This document shows positions 62,068-64,000 of a DNA stretch of 64,000 bases, one piece after another. Under the pieces are notes generated by a model that ran no database searches, was not told where the DNA came from, and worked only from the letters and a program-made list of their open reading frames with translations. Location: NCBI GenBank assembly GCA_016793245.1, contig JAEUHW010000057.1:112709-176708 (forward strand). The letters run 5' to 3'. The position numbers and the translations under genes are program-made. Position 1 is the stretch's first letter; every line of letters starts with the position of its first letter. The stretch comes from Planctomycetota bacterium. GTDB taxonomy: Bacteria > Planctomycetota > UBA1135 > JADKAF01.

Positions 62068-62777
62068 CCGCCGCGCCAGAGCACGGAGCCCCGCCGCCGT
62101 TCGCGCACATCGTCTTCGACTGCGATTCCACGCTGAGCGCGATCGAGGGCATCGACGAGCTCGCGCGCGCGCAGCGCGCGGAGATCGCGCGCCTCACCGA
62201 GCGCGCGATGGCGGGCGAGCTCCGGCTCGAAGAAGTCTACGGTCGGCGCCTCGAGCTCGCGCAGCCGACGGCCGCCCGCATCGCCGCGCTCGGCAGACAG
62301 TACGTCGAGACCTGCGTTCCCGGCGCGCGCGAGACCGTTCGAGTGCTGCAGCAGCTCGGGAAGCGCGTCTCGATCCTCTCCGGTGGACTTCGCCCCGCCG
62401 TGATGGTGCTCGCGCGCCACCTCGGCATCCCCGGCGAAGAGGTCTTCGCCGTCGAGGTCTTCCACGACGAGAGCGGCGCCTACGATGGCTACGATGTGCT
62501 CTCGGCGCTGACGCGCGACGACGGGAAGCCCCGCGTCCTCGCGGGCTTCGGTGCGCCGCGCACGATCGCGCTCGTCGGCGACGGCGCGACCGATCTGCGC
62601 TGCGCGCCCTCCATCGGCCGCTTCGTAGCCTTCGCCGGCGTCGTCGCCCGAGCGAAGGTCGTCGAGGGTTCCGCGCACGTCGTGCGCGAGAACGACCTGC
62701 GCGCGACGCTGCCCTTCCTGCTCTCCCCCGCGGAGCGTACGCTCGTCGCGACGCTCCCTACTTCCGCCCGCCCATGA
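62064..62777 (+). CDS. serB: HAD-family phosphoserine phosphatase (SerB-like)
   Basis: GTG 62064 overlaps the serA stop (GTGA). Motifs: motif I FDCDSTLSAIEGIDELA, SGG, and VGDGATD. Confidence 0.8.
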   Translation: MTAAPEHGAPPPFAHIVFDCDSTLSAIEGIDELARAQRAEIARLTERAMAGELRLEEVYGRRLELAQPTAARIAALGRQYVETCVPGARETVRVLQQLGKRVSILSGGLRPAVMVLARHLGIPGEEVFAVEVFHDESGAYDGYDVLSALTRDDGKPRVLAGFGAPRTIALVGDGATDLRCAPSIGRFVAFAGVVARAKVVEGSAHVVRENDLRATLPFLLSPAERTLVATLPTSARP

Positions 62778-63868
62778 CGCATCTCGAGCTCTGGATCCCC
62801 GGTCCGACCGAAGTCTCCGCTCCTGTCCTGGCCGCGGCCGCTTCCCCCGCCATCGGCCATCGCACGAAGGAGATGTGCGCGCTCTACGACGCGCTCGTCC
62901 CGGGCTGCCGCGAGATGTTCGGCTGCGAGCGCGGGGTCGTGCTCTTCGGCACGCACTCGGCCACGGGCTTCATGGAGGCCTTCACGCGGAACGGCATCGC
63001 GCGCCGCGCGCTGCACATCGTGAATGGCGCCTTCGCCGAGCGCTGGAAGCTGATCAGCGATGCGTGCGAGAAGTCGAACGCCGTGCTCGAGATCCCCTGG
63101 GGTCGCGCCGCGACGCCGCAGGAGCTCGACGCGTTCTTGGATCGCGATAACGACTTCGACGCCGTGGCGCTCGTGCACAACGAGACGTCGACCGGCGCGC
63201 TGGCTCCTCTCGAGCAGCTCGCCGCGGTGGTGCGGCGCCGCTTGCCCGACGCGATGCTGCTCGTCGATGCGGTGACTTCCGCCGCCGCGACGCCGATCCG
63301 TTTCGATGACTGCGGCCTGGATGGCGTCTTCACCGGCTCGCAGAAAGCGCTCGCCCTGCCCCCCGGCCTGGCGCTCGCCGCAGTGAGCAAGCGCCTGCTC
63401 GAGAAAGCGCAGGCGCTCCCCGGACGCGGCTATTACTTCGATCTCGTCGATCTCGCGAAGAACGGCGCGAAGAGCCAGACGCCGACGACACCGGCGTTGC
63501 CGCAGCTCAACGCGCTGAAGGTACAGCTCGAGCGCATCGCCGCTTCCGGCGGTTTCGCCGCGCGCTATGCGCGTCATGCGGCGCTCGCCGCGCGCACGCG
63601 CGCCTACTGCGAGGAGCGCGGCTTCCCGTCGTTCACCGCGCCCGAGTTCCTCTCGCCCACGGTCGCGTGTCGCGAGAACGGCGGCCTCGACGTCGCCGCC
63701 TGGGTGAAGGGCCTGCGCGCAAAGGGCTACCTCATGAGCGAAGGCTACGGCGATCTGAAGGCGCGCACCTTCCGCATCGGCCACATGGGCGATCACGAGC
63801 TCGCCGGCCTGGAGCGCTTGCTCGCCGCGAGCGATGCGGTCTTGCGCGATCTCGGCTGGAAGCGATGA
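62774..63868 (+). CDS. class V aminotransferase (serine-pyruvate / phosphoserine aminotransferase-like)
   Basis: ATG 62774 overlaps the serB stop (ATGA). PGPTEV, HNETSTG, and the PLP Lys in TGSQKALALPPGLA. Confidence 0.85.
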   Translation: MTHLELWIPGPTEVSAPVLAAAASPAIGHRTKEMCALYDALVPGCREMFGCERGVVLFGTHSATGFMEAFTRNGIARRALHIVNGAFAERWKLISDACEKSNAVLEIPWGRAATPQELDAFLDRDNDFDAVALVHNETSTGALAPLEQLAAVVRRRLPDAMLLVDAVTSAAATPIRFDDCGLDGVFTGSQKALALPPGLALAAVSKRLLEKAQALPGRGYYFDLVDLAKNGAKSQTPTTPALPQLNALKVQLERIAASGGFAARYARHAALAARTRAYCEERGFPSFTAPEFLSPTVACRENGGLDVAAWVKGLRAKGYLMSEGYGDLKARTFRIGHMGDHELAGLERLLAASDAVLRDLGWKR

Positions 63869-64000
63869 ACGCGCGCGCGGTGCTGCTCGGCGCGGCGAAG
63901 GTCTCGGCCCTCGCCCTCCTCGCGCTGCTCTTCACCGCGAGCTTCCATCATCGCGTCGCGTTCGGTCCGCAGACCTTCGCCCTCGCGGGCACGCTGGGCG
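63865..64000 (+). CDS. hypothetical membrane protein, 5' fragment (runs off window)
   Basis: ATG 63865 overlaps the preceding stop (ATGA). MNARAVLLGAAKVSALALLALLFTASF... is hydrophobic. Only 45 codons are visible. Confidence 0.4.
   Translation, partial: MNARAVLLGAAKVSALALLALLFTASFHHRVAFGPQTFALAGTLG

Overview
Very GC-rich (about 70% by eye) bacterial chromosomal window, densely coding. I support about 50 protein genes. At least 11 gene pairs have 4-nt ATGA/GTGA start-stop overlaps, which I used to define operons. I found no rRNA, tRNA, CRISPR array, transposase or integrase. Many long ORFs in the six-frame track are Arg/Ala/Gly-rich antisense shadows of real genes, and several real genes start at internal ATG/GTG codons of the track ORFs.

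Layout:
- 1-18.1 kb (minus strand): one long operon for a T2SS/T4P-like pseudopilus module. It encodes an FHA protein, a PilM-PilN fusion, a protein in the GspM position, a TPR protein and five pseudopilins, one of them a 1794-aa GspK-like giant.
- 18.4-31 kb: rsmE, radC, a Ser/Thr-kinase operon, a single-ring Clp-like ATPase, a SurA-like PPIase, PilZ, and a cysteine desulfurase coupled to a DUF2961 protein.
- 31-40.4 kb: a glycan-modification set (GT-C transferase, FAD oxidoreductase, DegT-GNAT fusion) and a CarboxypepD_reg-repeat protein.
- 40.4-43.1 kb: an operon of a BY-kinase-like ATPase, a coiled-coil protein and a MamK-like actin.
- 45.2 kb: rpmH, which is too short to appear in the ORF track.
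- 45.6-47.8 kb: a secreted protein with seven EF-hand-type loops.
- 48-64 kb: Crp/Fnr regulator, pyk, zinc-ribbon/HEAT/VWA envelope proteins, hup, mnmA, yajC, yraN, an EpsB-type sugar transferase, and a coupled serA-serB-aminotransferase operon.

The two best candidates for undescribed biology are the oversized, lectin-decorated pseudopilus operon that lacks its motor genes in cis, and the MamK-like actin operon outside any magnetosome context. All family calls rest on motifs read by eye and on recalled family signatures. No database search was run.
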